This document shows positions 38,066 through 48,049 of a DNA stretch of 64,000 nucleotides, in pieces. This DNA is from Deltaproteobacteria bacterium (GTDB taxonomy: Bacteria; Desulfobacterota; GWC2-55-46): the NCBI GenBank assembly GCA_038043525.1, contig JBBTBW010000006.1:424-64423 (forward strand), in the 5' to 3' direction. The stretch's first letter is position 1, and each line of letters starts with the position of its first letter. The notes under the pieces were generated by a model. That model was not told the DNA's origin, ran no database searches, and worked only from the letters and a program-made list of their open reading frames with translations. The position numbers and the translations under genes are program-made.

Positions 38066-38797
38066 TCATACCATGCCGGTTCTCGCAAGTGTGATCGCGT
38101 AGACCCTGGCGCCTGCCCTGACAAGGGCGCTCGAGCAGGCCCTGATGGTAGCCCCTGTCGTATAGACGTCGTCGACGAGGAGCACGGTCTTGCCGTCAAA
38201 AGCTTTGAGGGCGGCGGCAAAAGCGCCTTTCATGTTCTCGGCCCTCTCTTTTTCATCGAGGCCTATCTGGTCTTTCGTGGACTTTATTTTTTTAAGTCCA
38301 GTGTAGTCGATCTTTGCGCGGAGCGCCCCGGCTATAGGCCTTGCGATGAGCAGCGACTGATTGAAGCCTCTTTTCCTGAGTCGGGAGGGGTGGAGCGGCA
38401 CAGGCACTACTATGTCGACCTTCTCATCAGGCACACATCCTGAGAGAGCTATGAGTCTGCCGAGCGCAGGGGCTATCCCTACGTTGTGGCGGTATTTGAG
38501 GCTGTGTATCGCGTCAAGCACCGCTCCGTCATAGCCAAAGACGCTTCGTGACTGTATGTATGGCGGTTCCTTCTTACAGCACCTGCCGCACAGATGGTCT
38601 TTTGAAGCAGACAGCGCGAAAGGCACACCGCACCTGGTGCAAAGCGGAGAGGCGATCTTTAACGCGTTAAACCCGCTCAGGCATCCCTGACATAGGTCTT
38701 CTTTGACTATTGCCTTTTCGCACAGAGGGCATACAGGCGGAAAGAGCATGTCGAATAGAGACCCGAATACAGATCTGCCGCTTGGCAATGTCTCCAT
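38066..38797 (-). CDS. comF: ComF-family protein (phosphoribosyltransferase domain, N-terminal Cys pairs)
   Basis: CPLC...CQGC zinc-finger-like N-terminus. C-terminal PRTase motif VLLVDDVYTTGAT. Confidence 0.7.
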   Translation of the reverse strand: METLPSGRSVFGSLFDMLFPPVCPLCEKAIVKEDLCQGCLSGFNALKIASPLCTRCGVPFALSASKDHLCGRCCKKEPPYIQSRSVFGYDGAVLDAIHSLKYRHNVGIAPALGRLIALSGCVPDEKVDIVVPVPLHPSRLRKRGFNQSLLIARPIAGALRAKIDYTGLKKIKSTKDQIGLDEKERAENMKGAFAAALKAFDGKTVLLVDDVYTTGATIRACSSALVRAGARVYAITLARTGMV

Positions 38798-39051
38798 AGG
38801 CTACCTCTCATGGCAGGCAATATGTCCTGAATAACATATAAATGGCAGAGTTGCAATCTTTCCTGTTTTTCTGCTTTGGGTCTTGATCTGCCGCGCATCA
38901 AAGGCAGTCAGGGACGCTCTCTCTCTTAAAGACGAGAGGCTTCGTTCTGTTTGTCTCAGGGGCCTTTAGTCCTGGTCGGAATGGTTGCGTCGGAAAGATC
39001 ATGGTACAGGCGTATGGCGGATACCCAAGGGTGAAGATCACCTGCGGTTTG

Positions 39052-40290
39052 TCATTGTTTGTCTCTGTCAATGGCCGGTATGGTTATCTGAAAGGTAGTG
39101 CCCCTGCCCGGGATGGACTCGGCGCTGATCTCTCCGCCGTGGTCCCTGATTATGCCCCTGCTTATGGAGAGGCCGAGCCCGGTGCCTTTGCCAGATTCTT
39201 TGGTGGTGAAAAAAGGTTCAAAAATATGCGGGATCTCTTCTTCTGCTATCCCTGCTCCTGTATCAGAGACCGTGACGAGCGCGCATAGATGCCCTTTTTC
39301 ATCGGTGCTCGTAGAGGTCTTGACTCCGAGCGTTCCGCCGTCTGGCATCGCGTCCCTTGCGTTGGTTATGAGGTTCATTATAACCTGCTCAAGTCTGACA
39401 TGGGAGCCTTTTATCTGTGGGAGGTCACTCAGGTCCAGGACTGTTTCGATCATTCGCCGGCGTAGGGTCTCTGCTGAGAGCCTCAAAGCGTACTTTATGA
39501 TAGAGTTGAGATCGCATATCGCGTCTTTGTGTCCCTCGGACCTTGAGAAGACGTTCATGTGGCGTATTATAAGCTCCATCCTTGACGATGCATCTGCGAT
39601 CAGGCGCACTTTTTCGGTATCTTCCGGACAGGATTGCACGCCCCTTAAAAGGGACTGGGCAAGGCCCTTGATGATGGTCACAGGCTGGTTGAGCTCGTGC
39701 GCAAGCCCTGCGGCAAGCTCTCCGAGCGTGCCGAGCTTGGATGACTGGATGAGGTGCGCCTCGGCTATGCCAAGCCTTGAGTACGCGCTATCAAGCTCGG
39801 CTTCCTGCGCGTCAAGCTCTTGAAGTATCTTCAGCACACCCTCTCTGAAGTCTTCAAGCCTTGCTACGCGATCCGTGAGCTTTTTGTTCAAGGCGTTAAG
39901 CTCTGATTCTGATAATGAGCCGTTGCCGGAAGCCACCGGTGAGAACAGGGCCATCATTACAGTACTTCCATCGACAGGAGCGAAAAAGATCGTGACAGGT
40001 ACTCTCATTCCTTTTTTTGTGATGAGCTCGGCATTCACGCCTGTTGAGAGACGGCTTGTTTCAGCCGGGAGGCTAAGGTCGAGATCAGTACAGGAACATA
40101 GGGCAGGCAGGCGCTTCGCTCTGATCTCTTCTATCGAATAGCCGATGAGCTCAAGGAGCCTCGGGTTTGCTATTATTAGATCAAGTCCATCGTTGATTAT
40201 CGCGCCCGGGACAGGAAGCGCTTCGATAAAGGCCTCGATGGAGGCGGCCGGGCCTTTTACCTGTTTCGTCAGTTTATCTGCTGGCTGCAT
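39052..40290 (-). CDS. PAS-domain sensor histidine kinase (cytoplasmic)
   Basis: H-box LGELAAGLAHELNQP. HATPase NARDAM...DTGAGI...GTGLGLS. Confidence 0.8.
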   Translation of the reverse strand: MQPADKLTKQVKGPAASIEAFIEALPVPGAIINDGLDLIIANPRLLELIGYSIEEIRAKRLPALCSCTDLDLSLPAETSRLSTGVNAELITKKGMRVPVTIFFAPVDGSTVMMALFSPVASGNGSLSESELNALNKKLTDRVARLEDFREGVLKILQELDAQEAELDSAYSRLGIAEAHLIQSSKLGTLGELAAGLAHELNQPVTIIKGLAQSLLRGVQSCPEDTEKVRLIADASSRMELIIRHMNVFSRSEGHKDAICDLNSIIKYALRLSAETLRRRMIETVLDLSDLPQIKGSHVRLEQVIMNLITNARDAMPDGGTLGVKTSTSTDEKGHLCALVTVSDTGAGIAEEEIPHIFEPFFTTKESGKGTGLGLSISRGIIRDHGGEISAESIPGRGTTFQITIPAIDRDKQ

Positions 40291-40314
40291 GATCGCCTTT
40301 ATTTAAATCTCCGG

Positions 40315-41097
40315 TTAGTGCTTAAAACTGCTCTCGTGACTCTGCAGGCGCTCTCTGATCTCGCGCATCTTTCCCTCTCTTTTTATTGCGATTAGGGCAA
40401 ATTCTTCGAGGTCTCTTTCAGCTTTTTCAAGTCTTATAGAGGCCTCTTCAGAGGCTCTTCGGGCCTCCTGAAGCGCGTTTTCCGATTCTCTCGAACTAGT
40501 CATATCATACGCAACACATCTGCAACCGGTGATCTCATCCTTATCTCTTATCGGTACCATGTTAAGCCTGATAGAGCGCACGGCGCCGCTCTTTAAGACC
40601 ATGCGTAGTTCCATGCAGTCGATCACCCTGTCTGACAGGGCTTTTTGAATGAGGTCGCAGGCTTCATCAAGGCATTCTTCGGCTATAAAGGAAGATAGCG
40701 GACGTCCTTTCATGTCAGATGAGTGGTATCCCGAGAGCGCGGACGCGGCTTCGTTTGCAGAGGTGACTTTCCCGTCCATGTCGATATCCAGTACGGCAAC
40801 GGGGAGCGCGTTTATGAGGCCTTCGAGGTCCGGTTCCGTCTGAGATGCGCCTGATACCGTCCGTACGTCTTTTTGCGTGATCGGCTCAAGCGTTGATATG
40901 CTTGCTGGGATAGGCGCGAGTACACGGGTGTAGATGAGTTCGAGGAAGAATAGACCGGTAAGGCCATAAGCCGCCGCCAGCAGATAAAAAGGCAAACCCG
41001 CACCTGTCATCACGCTTAGGATGATAAGGGTAGCTGTGATAGCGGCTTGGGCGCTAAGGCCTGCGACTGTGAGTTTACATACAGACATACGCACCAT
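40315..41097 (-). CDS. membrane-anchored PAS-domain protein
   Basis: Two N-terminal TM helices plus a PAS fold (LINALPVAVLDIDMDGKVTSANEAASALSGY). Its stop lies 24 nt upstream of the kinase ATG. Confidence 0.6.
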   Translation of the reverse strand: MVRMSVCKLTVAGLSAQAAITATLIILSVMTGAGLPFYLLAAAYGLTGLFFLELIYTRVLAPIPASISTLEPITQKDVRTVSGASQTEPDLEGLINALPVAVLDIDMDGKVTSANEAASALSGYHSSDMKGRPLSSFIAEECLDEACDLIQKALSDRVIDCMELRMVLKSGAVRSIRLNMVPIRDKDEITGCRCVAYDMTSSRESENALQEARRASEEASIRLEKAERDLEEFALIAIKREGKMREIRERLQSHESSFKH

Positions 41098-41457
41098 ATA
41101 ATAGGAATATGGCCGTAAACCGAGTCAAGGTGTCGTTCAGGATGAGAGGTCTATGGCGTCAAAGGGGATGTGTTGAAGATATGCAGGGCAAGATCCCCTG
41201 TCTCTTATTATATCAGTTTATAGCATGGCCTGTTTTTAATTGGAAGTCTGTTCTTGAAAATACGTATATTCGTATTTAAGGATCTGTTGTGTGGGCTTTG
41301 GAAAAGTTCCGCCTGTTTTCCTGCTTTGCCGGGTAGATCCTGAAGCGCCTGACTTTCAAAGGGCTTTTAAATCAGACGGTTATATGCTAAAAGAGATTGA
41401 TGCAGCCGTCCGGCTGCGTGTGAGACGGTCGAAATATGAGGGCCGAGAGGGGATCTG

Positions 41458-42366
41458 ATGATATTCAAGAAGCTTAAGGCCGGGTTTGAGAGCCTCAAGG
41501 CAGGGCTTGCAAGGACCCATAATGCAATAATGGGGACGGTCGAGGCCGCGTTTACCGGACTATCGAGGGAAGAGGTCCTTGAGAAGCTCGAAGAGTCTCT
41601 TATAGCGTCCGACGTTGGGGTAAGGGCCGCAACCGAGATAGTCGACGGCCTCAGGACGAAGATGGTCGGCTGGGACCCGAACAGGTTCAAAGACCATCTC
41701 AAGGACTCGCTTTATAATATTTTGAAAGAGGTGGAAAGGCCCCTTGAGATCGACAAGTCGCCTTACGTGATGATGGTGCTCGGCGTCAACGGAGTCGGCA
41801 AGACGACTACGATCGGAAAGCTCGCTTCGCGTTACACGGCCGAGGGCAAGACGGTCCTTCTTGCCGCAGGTGATACGTTCAGGGCCGCGGCTATAGAACA
41901 GCTCGAGGGATGGGGCGAGAGGGTCGGGTGCCAGGTTATAAGGCAGGCCCACGGCGGCGACCCCGGGGCTGTCGCTTTTGATGCTGTAAAGGCCGCTACC
42001 GCAAGGTCCGCTGATATGCTTATACTCGATACCGCTGGTCGGCTCCATACAAAGGTGAATCTGATGGAGGAGCTGAAGAAGATCCAGCGTGTCGTAGGCA
42101 GGGAGCTTCCCGGAGCCCCGCATGAAAATCTTCTTGTGCTTGACGCGTCAACAGGGCAGAACGCGCTTAGTCAGGCGCGGCTCTTCAATGAGGTGATCGG
42201 CGTAACGGGCATAGCGCTCACGAAGCTTGACGGCACGGCAAAGGGCGGCATCATTATCGCTATCGCCAGAGAGCTGAAGATACCGATACGCTTCATCGGC
42301 GTAGGGGAGACTGTAGATGATCTCAAGGAATTTGACGCCAGAGAGTTTGTTGACGCGCTGATATAG
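41458..42366 (+). CDS. ftsY: signal recognition particle receptor FtsY (NG-domain form)
   Basis: GVNGVGKTTTIGKLA P-loop. DTAGR. SRP GTPase motifs. 302 aa. Confidence 0.9.
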   Translation: MIFKKLKAGFESLKAGLARTHNAIMGTVEAAFTGLSREEVLEKLEESLIASDVGVRAATEIVDGLRTKMVGWDPNRFKDHLKDSLYNILKEVERPLEIDKSPYVMMVLGVNGVGKTTTIGKLASRYTAEGKTVLLAAGDTFRAAAIEQLEGWGERVGCQVIRQAHGGDPGAVAFDAVKAATARSADMLILDTAGRLHTKVNLMEELKKIQRVVGRELPGAPHENLLVLDASTGQNALSQARLFNEVIGVTGIALTKLDGTAKGGIIIAIARELKIPIRFIGVGETVDDLKEFDAREFVDALI

Positions 42367-42389
42367 AAAATCATGCCGGAGGCGGCCGT

Positions 42390-42920
42390 ATGGATGAAGG
42401 GCTCAAGCAGTTCTACGAGATGTACGAAAGAAGAAAGAGCATAAGGGAGTTCCAGGACAGGGGTGTAGAGCCTGACAGGCTTGCCCGTCTTGTCATGACG
42501 CTTTCAAGGGCCCAGAGCGCCGCCAACAGGCAGCCGTGGCACTTCATCGTCGTTGAGAAGAAAGGTCGCGCCGGGCTGGACGGCCTCATGACCAAGGAAG
42601 GCTTCAAGAACGCGCCTGTGATGATAGTGGCCTGCGCCGATCAGGCCCAGGCATGGACGAGAAAGAGCGACGCAAGGAACTACGCGTGGGTCGATGTCTC
42701 GATAGCTGTGACCGAGATGATCGGAGCGGCTACGGCCGAAGGCCTCGGGACCTGCTGGATAGCTGCGATAGACGCTGATCGCGTCAAGGCTGAACTGAAT
42801 ATCCCGGCCTTGATCGACGTAGTGGCTGTGATAGCCATAGGCTATCCGACGGCAGAGCTTAAGAAGGAAGAAAAGCAGAGAAAATCCCTCTCGGAGATAA
42901 TCCATTATGGAAAATGGTAA
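42390..42920 (+). CDS. nitroreductase-family protein
   Basis: RKSIREF...QPWHFIVV signature. 176 aa. Confidence 0.8.
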   Translation: MDEGLKQFYEMYERRKSIREFQDRGVEPDRLARLVMTLSRAQSAANRQPWHFIVVEKKGRAGLDGLMTKEGFKNAPVMIVACADQAQAWTRKSDARNYAWVDVSIAVTEMIGAATAEGLGTCWIAAIDADRVKAELNIPALIDVVAVIAIGYPTAELKKEEKQRKSLSEIIHYGKW

Positions 42921-43281
42921 GAACCCTGAAGACCAGTACACGCTCTTAAGATCTGACAGGAGAAGGAATCTCAGGCGCCAGATACTCGTCCTCAAAGTCA
43001 AGGGAGAGGACCAGAAGGGGACGTTCTTCGGCTACTGCAAGACTGTAAGCAGGGGAGGGATGTTCATCACGTCTGTCAATCCAAGGAAGCTCGGCGAGGA
43101 GTTTGACATAACCTTCTCGCTTACCGGAGAGGACCTTGAGATAAAGTGCAGGTGCGCGGTCGTATGGGTAAGGGAGTATGACGCATACAACAAGCAGGAG
43201 CCTGGAATGGGGATAAAGTTTATCAATCTCAGCGATGAGATCAAAGACAGGATCGACGCATGGATGGAGAAGAGCAAGTGA
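42907..43281 (+). CDS. PilZ-domain protein (c-di-GMP binding)
   Basis: RRRNLRR (RxxxR) and TVSRGGMF (D/NxSxxG) PilZ motifs. 124 aa. Confidence 0.7.
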   Translation: MENGKNPEDQYTLLRSDRRRNLRRQILVLKVKGEDQKGTFFGYCKTVSRGGMFITSVNPRKLGEEFDITFSLTGEDLEIKCRCAVVWVREYDAYNKQEPGMGIKFINLSDEIKDRIDAWMEKSK

Positions 43282-43340
43282 CTATGAGCTATTGATCTCA
43301 GGTTCGCGCTGGCCTTCTTTTTTTAATAGAACGGGTGTAA

Positions 43341-43380
43341 ATATTCAAGGCCCGGCCTTTTAAGGCCGGGCCTTGAATAT
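43341..43380. terminator. bidirectional intrinsic terminator between the PilZ gene (+) and cysS (-)
   Basis: atattcaaggcccggcc ttttaa ggccgggccttgaatat, a perfect 17-bp inverted repeat with T/A runs on both sides. Confidence 0.75.
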
Positions 43381-43543
43381 TTGTGGCAGAAGTCCGCATG
43401 CATTACTAAAAAGCTTCGTATCAACGAATGAGCGGGTTGACGCGAGGTGCCTATATAAGCCTTGGGGAATATGCCGTCATAAGCATATCTGACAGATTGC
43501 GAGCCGGTCCGAGATTCTAAAAAAATTTAAAAAATCTGTTGCT

Positions 43544-44980
43544 CTAACTCTTCACTGACCAGACTGTCCCTCTGGCAGTATCTTCGAGCAGGACGCCTTT
43601 TTCAAGGAGCGCGTCCCGTATAGAGTCGGCTTTTTTGAAGTCCCTGTTCTTGCGCGCGGCCTCTCTTTCTCCGATGAGCCTTTCGATCTCTTCTGAGTTC
43701 AGGCCTGTCCTTGAATTTCTGTCCCTGAAGTAATCTTCAGGCCTCTTTCCGAATATCCCCAGTATCGTCGAGGCCACCTTGAACTGGCCGAGCAGGTAAG
43801 ACAGCTCCACTTTTATATCCGTGCCTGCGGCCTTTGCCTCGTCCATCAGGCGGTTGGCCTTGTTTACCTCTTTAAAGACGTGGCCGATGACGATAGCCGT
43901 GTTGAAGTCGTCATCCATCGCCTCGTATACAGGCGCAAGTTTGTCCTGAATGCAATCGATGCAGAACTCCAGCTCCGCAGCCTCTGTCCACTCGGTCTCT
44001 ATCCTCTGTATGGTCTTATAATAACGCTCGACAGCGGCCTCGGAGTCCTTGAGCGATTCGCTCGTGTAGTCGATGGGGGAGCGGTATTGGCTCGAAAGGA
44101 GAAAGAGCCTCAGCGCCTCGCTCGTATGGTCTTTAAGGACATCCCTTATGTTCAGGATGTTCCCGATAGACTTGGACATCTTCTCTTTTTCAATGTTGAC
44201 GAAACCGTTGTGGAGCCAGTACCCCGCGTAAGGTCCCTTGCCGGTGGCCGCTTCGCTCTGGGCTATCTCGTTTTCGTGGTGAGGGAATATCAGGTCCTTG
44301 CCGCCGCCGTGTATGTCTATTGTCTCTCCTAGCCACTCCATGCACATGGCGGAGCATTCTATGTGCCATCCGGGCCGTCCCTTGCCCCAGGGGCTATCCC
44401 ACGCGGGTTCTCCCGGCTTGGACGCCTTCCATAGGGTGAAATCCAGCGGGTCTTTTTTCCTCTCGTCAACGTCAACCCTTGCCCCGGCCTCGAGGTCGTC
44501 TATGTTCTTCCCGGAGAGTTTGCCGTAGCTGGCGCATTTTCTGACTGAGTAGTAGACGTCGCCGTCGATCGGGTAGGCAAACCCCTTGTCTATGAGCGTC
44601 TGCGTGACTTCTATTATCTTTCCAATCGACTCGGTCGCCTTCGGCCTGTGCGTAGGGACCTCTACTCCGAGCGCCTCCATGTCATCATCGAACGCCTTGA
44701 TATAGCGCTCGGCTACGTCCTGCGATGTTGTGGCCTCTTCGATAGCCCTTTTGATTATCTTATCGTCTACGTCCGTGTAGTTTCTCGTATAGGTGACGTC
44801 AAAGCCCTTCAGGCGCAGGTATCTGTAGATGACATCGAAGGATACCGCGCTCCTGGCGTGTCCGATGTGGCTCATAGAATAGACTGTCGGCCCGCATACG
44901 TACATCCGTACCTTGCCGGCCTCGATCGGCACGAAGTCCTCTTTTTTCCTCGTAAGTGAGTTGTAGATCCTGATCGTCAT
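43544..44980 (-). CDS. cysS: cysteine-tRNA ligase
   Basis: Start at MTIRIYNSLTRKKEDF, 1 nt after the gltX stop. HIGH motif (MSHIGHARSAV) and KMSKS. The table start at 45043 would overlap gltX. Confidence 0.9.
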   Translation of the reverse strand: MTIRIYNSLTRKKEDFVPIEAGKVRMYVCGPTVYSMSHIGHARSAVSFDVIYRYLRLKGFDVTYTRNYTDVDDKIIKRAIEEATTSQDVAERYIKAFDDDMEALGVEVPTHRPKATESIGKIIEVTQTLIDKGFAYPIDGDVYYSVRKCASYGKLSGKNIDDLEAGARVDVDERKKDPLDFTLWKASKPGEPAWDSPWGKGRPGWHIECSAMCMEWLGETIDIHGGGKDLIFPHHENEIAQSEAATGKGPYAGYWLHNGFVNIEKEKMSKSIGNILNIRDVLKDHTSEALRLFLLSSQYRSPIDYTSESLKDSEAAVERYYKTIQRIETEWTEAAELEFCIDCIQDKLAPVYEAMDDDFNTAIVIGHVFKEVNKANRLMDEAKAAGTDIKVELSYLLGQFKVASTILGIFGKRPEDYFRDRNSRTGLNSEEIERLIGEREAARKNRDFKKADSIRDALLEKGVLLEDTARGTVWSVKS

Positions 44981-44981
44981 A

Positions 44982-46391
44982 TCATCCCCGCTCATCTGTT
45001 TTTTTAGTGAGATGTCTCTTGAGCCTTTCCATGGAGCGTTCAACTCCGAGTAGCCTTATGATGGTGGGCAGTTCTATCCCCTCGGTGCGCCCGGTGAGGG
45101 CGGCCCTTACAGGCATGAAAAGCCTCTTGCCTTTCTCCCCCGTAAGCCGCTTCGTTTCTTCAATCAGCTTTTTATATGACCCCTCGTTTATCTCGCAGGT
45201 CTCTTCAAGCCCTCTGGCGAAGGCGTCTATGACATGGCCTGCGTGCGGTTCTCCAAGGGCTGAGATAGCATCATCCTCCATCAGGTATTTGGAAGTAAAA
45301 GGCCCAAGGCGGCCTTCGATCTCCTCGATGGTAGATGCCCCGGGTCTTGCCGCCTCTACTGCCAGAGCTTCGTCGACGCATAGATCTTCAAGGCTCTTTC
45401 TTATTCGGATGATCTTTAATATCTCGTCAGTGCCAAGCCTCTCTATAGCTGTCTTGTTGCAGGCGCCCAGCATCGCCATATCGAATACGGACGGGCTCTT
45501 CGAGAGGCCCTTGCCGGTGAATATGTCTGCCATCTCGGAGAGTTTCAAAAACGGATCGCCGAATGACCACCCGAGGCGCGCCGTAGCGTTTAGAACCGCT
45601 TCAGGGAGATATCCTGCCTCGCGTAGCGCCCTGATCGAACCAGTACCGTCGCGCTTGCTGAGCGGTCTCTTGTTTTGCGAAAGGACGAGCGGTATGTGCG
45701 TAAAAGAGGGCGGAGCGAACCCTAGGGCCTTGAAAAGGAGGAGCTGGCGCGGTGTGTTTGACAGATGGTCCTCGCCCCTGATTATGTGAGTGATCTCCAT
45801 CATCGCGTCGTCTGCGACGACGGCGAAGTTGTATGATGCGACACCGTCCGAGCCTATTATGACGAAGTCTCCGAAAGAAGATGTCGCGAAGGCCATCGGC
45901 CCGTGAACTCCGTCAAGGAACGTCACCGTTTCATCAGGCACTCTGAACCTTATGGCCGGAGGCGCGCCTGTAGGAGCCTCTTTGATATCTCTGCACCTGC
46001 CGTCGTACCTCGGCGGCAGCCCTGAGGCTGTTTGACTAGCTCTGAGGTCATCGAGCCTCTCTCTGGTACACCAGCACCTGTAAGCGCGGCCATCACCGAG
46101 AAGCCTCTCGGCAAGGGTGAGGTGCACCGCGGCGCGCTCGGACTGCCTGTAAGGCCCGCAAGGCCCGCCCTTGTCAGGCCCCTCGTCCCATCCGAGGCCG
46201 AGCCAGAGGAGGTCCTCCATGATAGAGGTCTCATATTGCTTCTCAGACCTCTTCGTATCCGTGTCTTCGACCCTCAAAACGAACGAGCCGTTGTTATGTC
46301 TGGCAAAGAGCCAGTTAAACAGCGCGGTTCTGGCGTTGCCGATATGCAGGTTCCCGGTCGGGCTGGGAGCGAAACGTGTCTTTACGCTCAA
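44982..46391 (-). CDS. gltX: glutamate-tRNA ligase
   Basis: TTG start overlapping the ispF stop (TTGA). [26 protein letters not shown]-region. The Arg-rich N-terminal extension in the table ORF is read-through of the ispF 3' end, not coding. Confidence 0.88.
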   Translation of the reverse strand: MSVKTRFAPSPTGNLHIGNARTALFNWLFARHNNGSFVLRVEDTDTKRSEKQYETSIMEDLLWLGLGWDEGPDKGGPCGPYRQSERAAVHLTLAERLLGDGRAYRCWCTRERLDDLRASQTASGLPPRYDGRCRDIKEAPTGAPPAIRFRVPDETVTFLDGVHGPMAFATSSFGDFVIIGSDGVASYNFAVVADDAMMEITHIIRGEDHLSNTPRQLLLFKALGFAPPSFTHIPLVLSQNKRPLSKRDGTGSIRALREAGYLPEAVLNATARLGWSFGDPFLKLSEMADIFTGKGLSKSPSVFDMAMLGACNKTAIERLGTDEILKIIRIRKSLEDLCVDEALAVEAARPGASTIEEIEGRLGPFTSKYLMEDDAISALGEPHAGHVIDAFARGLEETCEINEGSYKKLIEETKRLTGEKGKRLFMPVRAALTGRTEGIELPTIIRLLGVERSMERLKRHLTKKTDERG

Positions 46392-46873
46392 TGCGTTTTT
46401 CCCTTCTTTTCGATAAGCGCGACTGCGTAGGCGGAGATGCCGTCGCCTGTGCCTGTGAACCCGAGCCCCTCTTCGGTCTTTGCCTTGACGTTCACATCGG
46501 ACTCGCTTATGGACAGGGCTGCGGCGATATTTTTTACCATGCCCGGGATATGCTCGGCGAGTCTTGGTTCCTGACATACGATCGTGGAATCCATGTTGAC
46601 GACTACGTAGCCGCTCTTATCGAGAAGCGCCGCTGTGCGCCGTAACAGGTCTATGCTTGAGATATCTTTAAACGCCGCGTCTGACGGAGGAAAGTGCCTG
46701 CCAATATCACCGAGGCAGGCCGCTCCGATCAAGGCGTCTATCACCGCATGGAGAAGGACGTCGGCGTCCGAGTGTCCGAGGAGCCCCTTTTCAAACGGGA
46801 TCTCGACCCCTCCCATGATGAGTTTTCTGCCTTCAACGAGCCTGTGTACGTCGTAACCGAAACCTACTCTCAT
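46388..46873 (-). CDS. ispF: 2-C-methyl-D-erythritol 2,4-cyclodiphosphate synthase
   Basis: GFGYDVHRL...[11 protein letters not shown] motifs. 161 aa. Confidence 0.9.
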   Translation of the reverse strand: MRVGFGYDVHRLVEGRKLIMGGVEIPFEKGLLGHSDADVLLHAVIDALIGAACLGDIGRHFPPSDAAFKDISSIDLLRRTAALLDKSGYVVVNMDSTIVCQEPRLAEHIPGMVKNIAAALSISESDVNVKAKTEEGLGFTGTGDGISAYAVALIEKKGKTH

Positions 46874-46972
46874 TGTATGGTCCTTTTCCGCTTTTTAAAA
46901 TGGTCTGATGCGCAGGCGCGCCATGTTGGGTTGAGCGGATTAAAAACCGTTTCGGATGGCCCTGTCTGGAGG

Positions 46973-47683
46973 TCAGGCAGGGGCGGGCGTCCCTCTCTTT
47001 TTTAGCACATATTCGGCTATCGGCATATCTTCTTCAGTCGTTATCTTGATGTTCTCGTATGAGCCCATGACGATCGAGACCCGTTCTCCGAGCCTTTCTA
47101 CGAGCGAGCTTTCATCCGTGCCTTTGAACCCGTCTTTTTTTGCAAGTTCAAACGCGCGAAGGATAATGTCCGCCCTGAACGCCTGAGGGGTCTGCACAGA
47201 CCAGAGCGTCTCTCTGGGGATGGTCCGTAGCACGAGGCCGTCTGCAGCCTCTTTTATCGTATCTTTCACAGGCACAGCGGCTATAGCGGCCTTTTTTTCA
47301 GATGCTGTCTTAAAGACATCTTCTATCACTTTTACGGTTACGAGCGGGCGCGCCCCGTCGTGTACGGCTATTATATCGAAGCCAAGGCCCTTTGCGGCCT
47401 CAAGCGCGTTTGCTACGGAGTCCTGCCTCTCCGGGCCGCCGGCGACGATGAGAATGACCTTTTCGGCCTTGTATTTTCGTACTATCTCCTCGGCGCAAAA
47501 CTCTATGTCGTCGTGAGGGACCGAGAGTATTATCGCGTCAACAGACGGCGCCGCTTCAAAGGCGGCAAGCGTGTGCGCCAGCACTGGCTTGCCGAGAATA
47601 GGCAGGAAGTTTTTCTTCTTCGTCCCCATCCTCTTGCCCATTCCGGCAGACGGTATTATGACGAGTCTTTTTTCAGCGGTCAT
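46973..47683 (-). CDS. ispD: 2-C-methyl-D-erythritol 4-phosphate cytidylyltransferase
   Basis: IIPSAGMGKRMG cytidylyltransferase G-loop. 236 aa. Confidence 0.9.
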   Translation of the reverse strand: MTAEKRLVIIPSAGMGKRMGTKKKNFLPILGKPVLAHTLAAFEAAPSVDAIILSVPHDDIEFCAEEIVRKYKAEKVILIVAGGPERQDSVANALEAAKGLGFDIIAVHDGARPLVTVKVIEDVFKTASEKKAAIAAVPVKDTIKEAADGLVLRTIPRETLWSVQTPQAFRADIILRAFELAKKDGFKGTDESSLVERLGERVSIVMGSYENIKITTEEDMPIAEYVLKKRGTPAPA

Positions 47684-48017
47684 ATCGGCCTTTCAGATGC
47701 GTCGAAGAAGCGCAGAAGCGAACAGGTCTCTCATGAGAATCAGTTTAAGGGACCGCAAGGACGGCAAGGACGGTAACGTCCATAGACGTCGGCCTGAGGG
47801 CCCCTGGCGAGTCCTTTGTAGAAGCCTATCAAGTTTAATAAATCCGGCGCAATTTTAAAAGAGAATTTTTAAAGAAGAGACCGGCTATCAGGCACAAGCG
47901 CAGCGGCTTATTGATCGTGTGGCTTTATCTTTAGCTTTATCATCGACAAGGGGTATGGGTATGCGTGAGGATGGAAGGAAGTCCTGAAGCTGCGTATTCG
48001 ATAGAGTTGCCATGTAG

Positions 48018-48049
48018 TGGCGTATGCAGGCCGGTAGGCCTGCATACGC
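48018..48049. other. perfect 14-bp GC-rich hairpin (ggcgtatgcaggcc ggta ggcctgcatacgcc) abutting the yacL stop
   Basis: Inverted repeat read directly from the sequence. No T-run on either side, so it is not a canonical intrinsic terminator. Confidence 0.6.

Noticed and set aside
44982-46577. Long Arg-rich N-terminal extension of gltX in the ORF table ([19 protein letters not shown]...)
   Set aside because: The extension is the antisense/out-of-frame read of the ispF 3' end. The conserved GltX N-terminus ([10 protein letters not shown]) begins at a TTG that overlaps the ispF stop, so the gene was trimmed to 46391.
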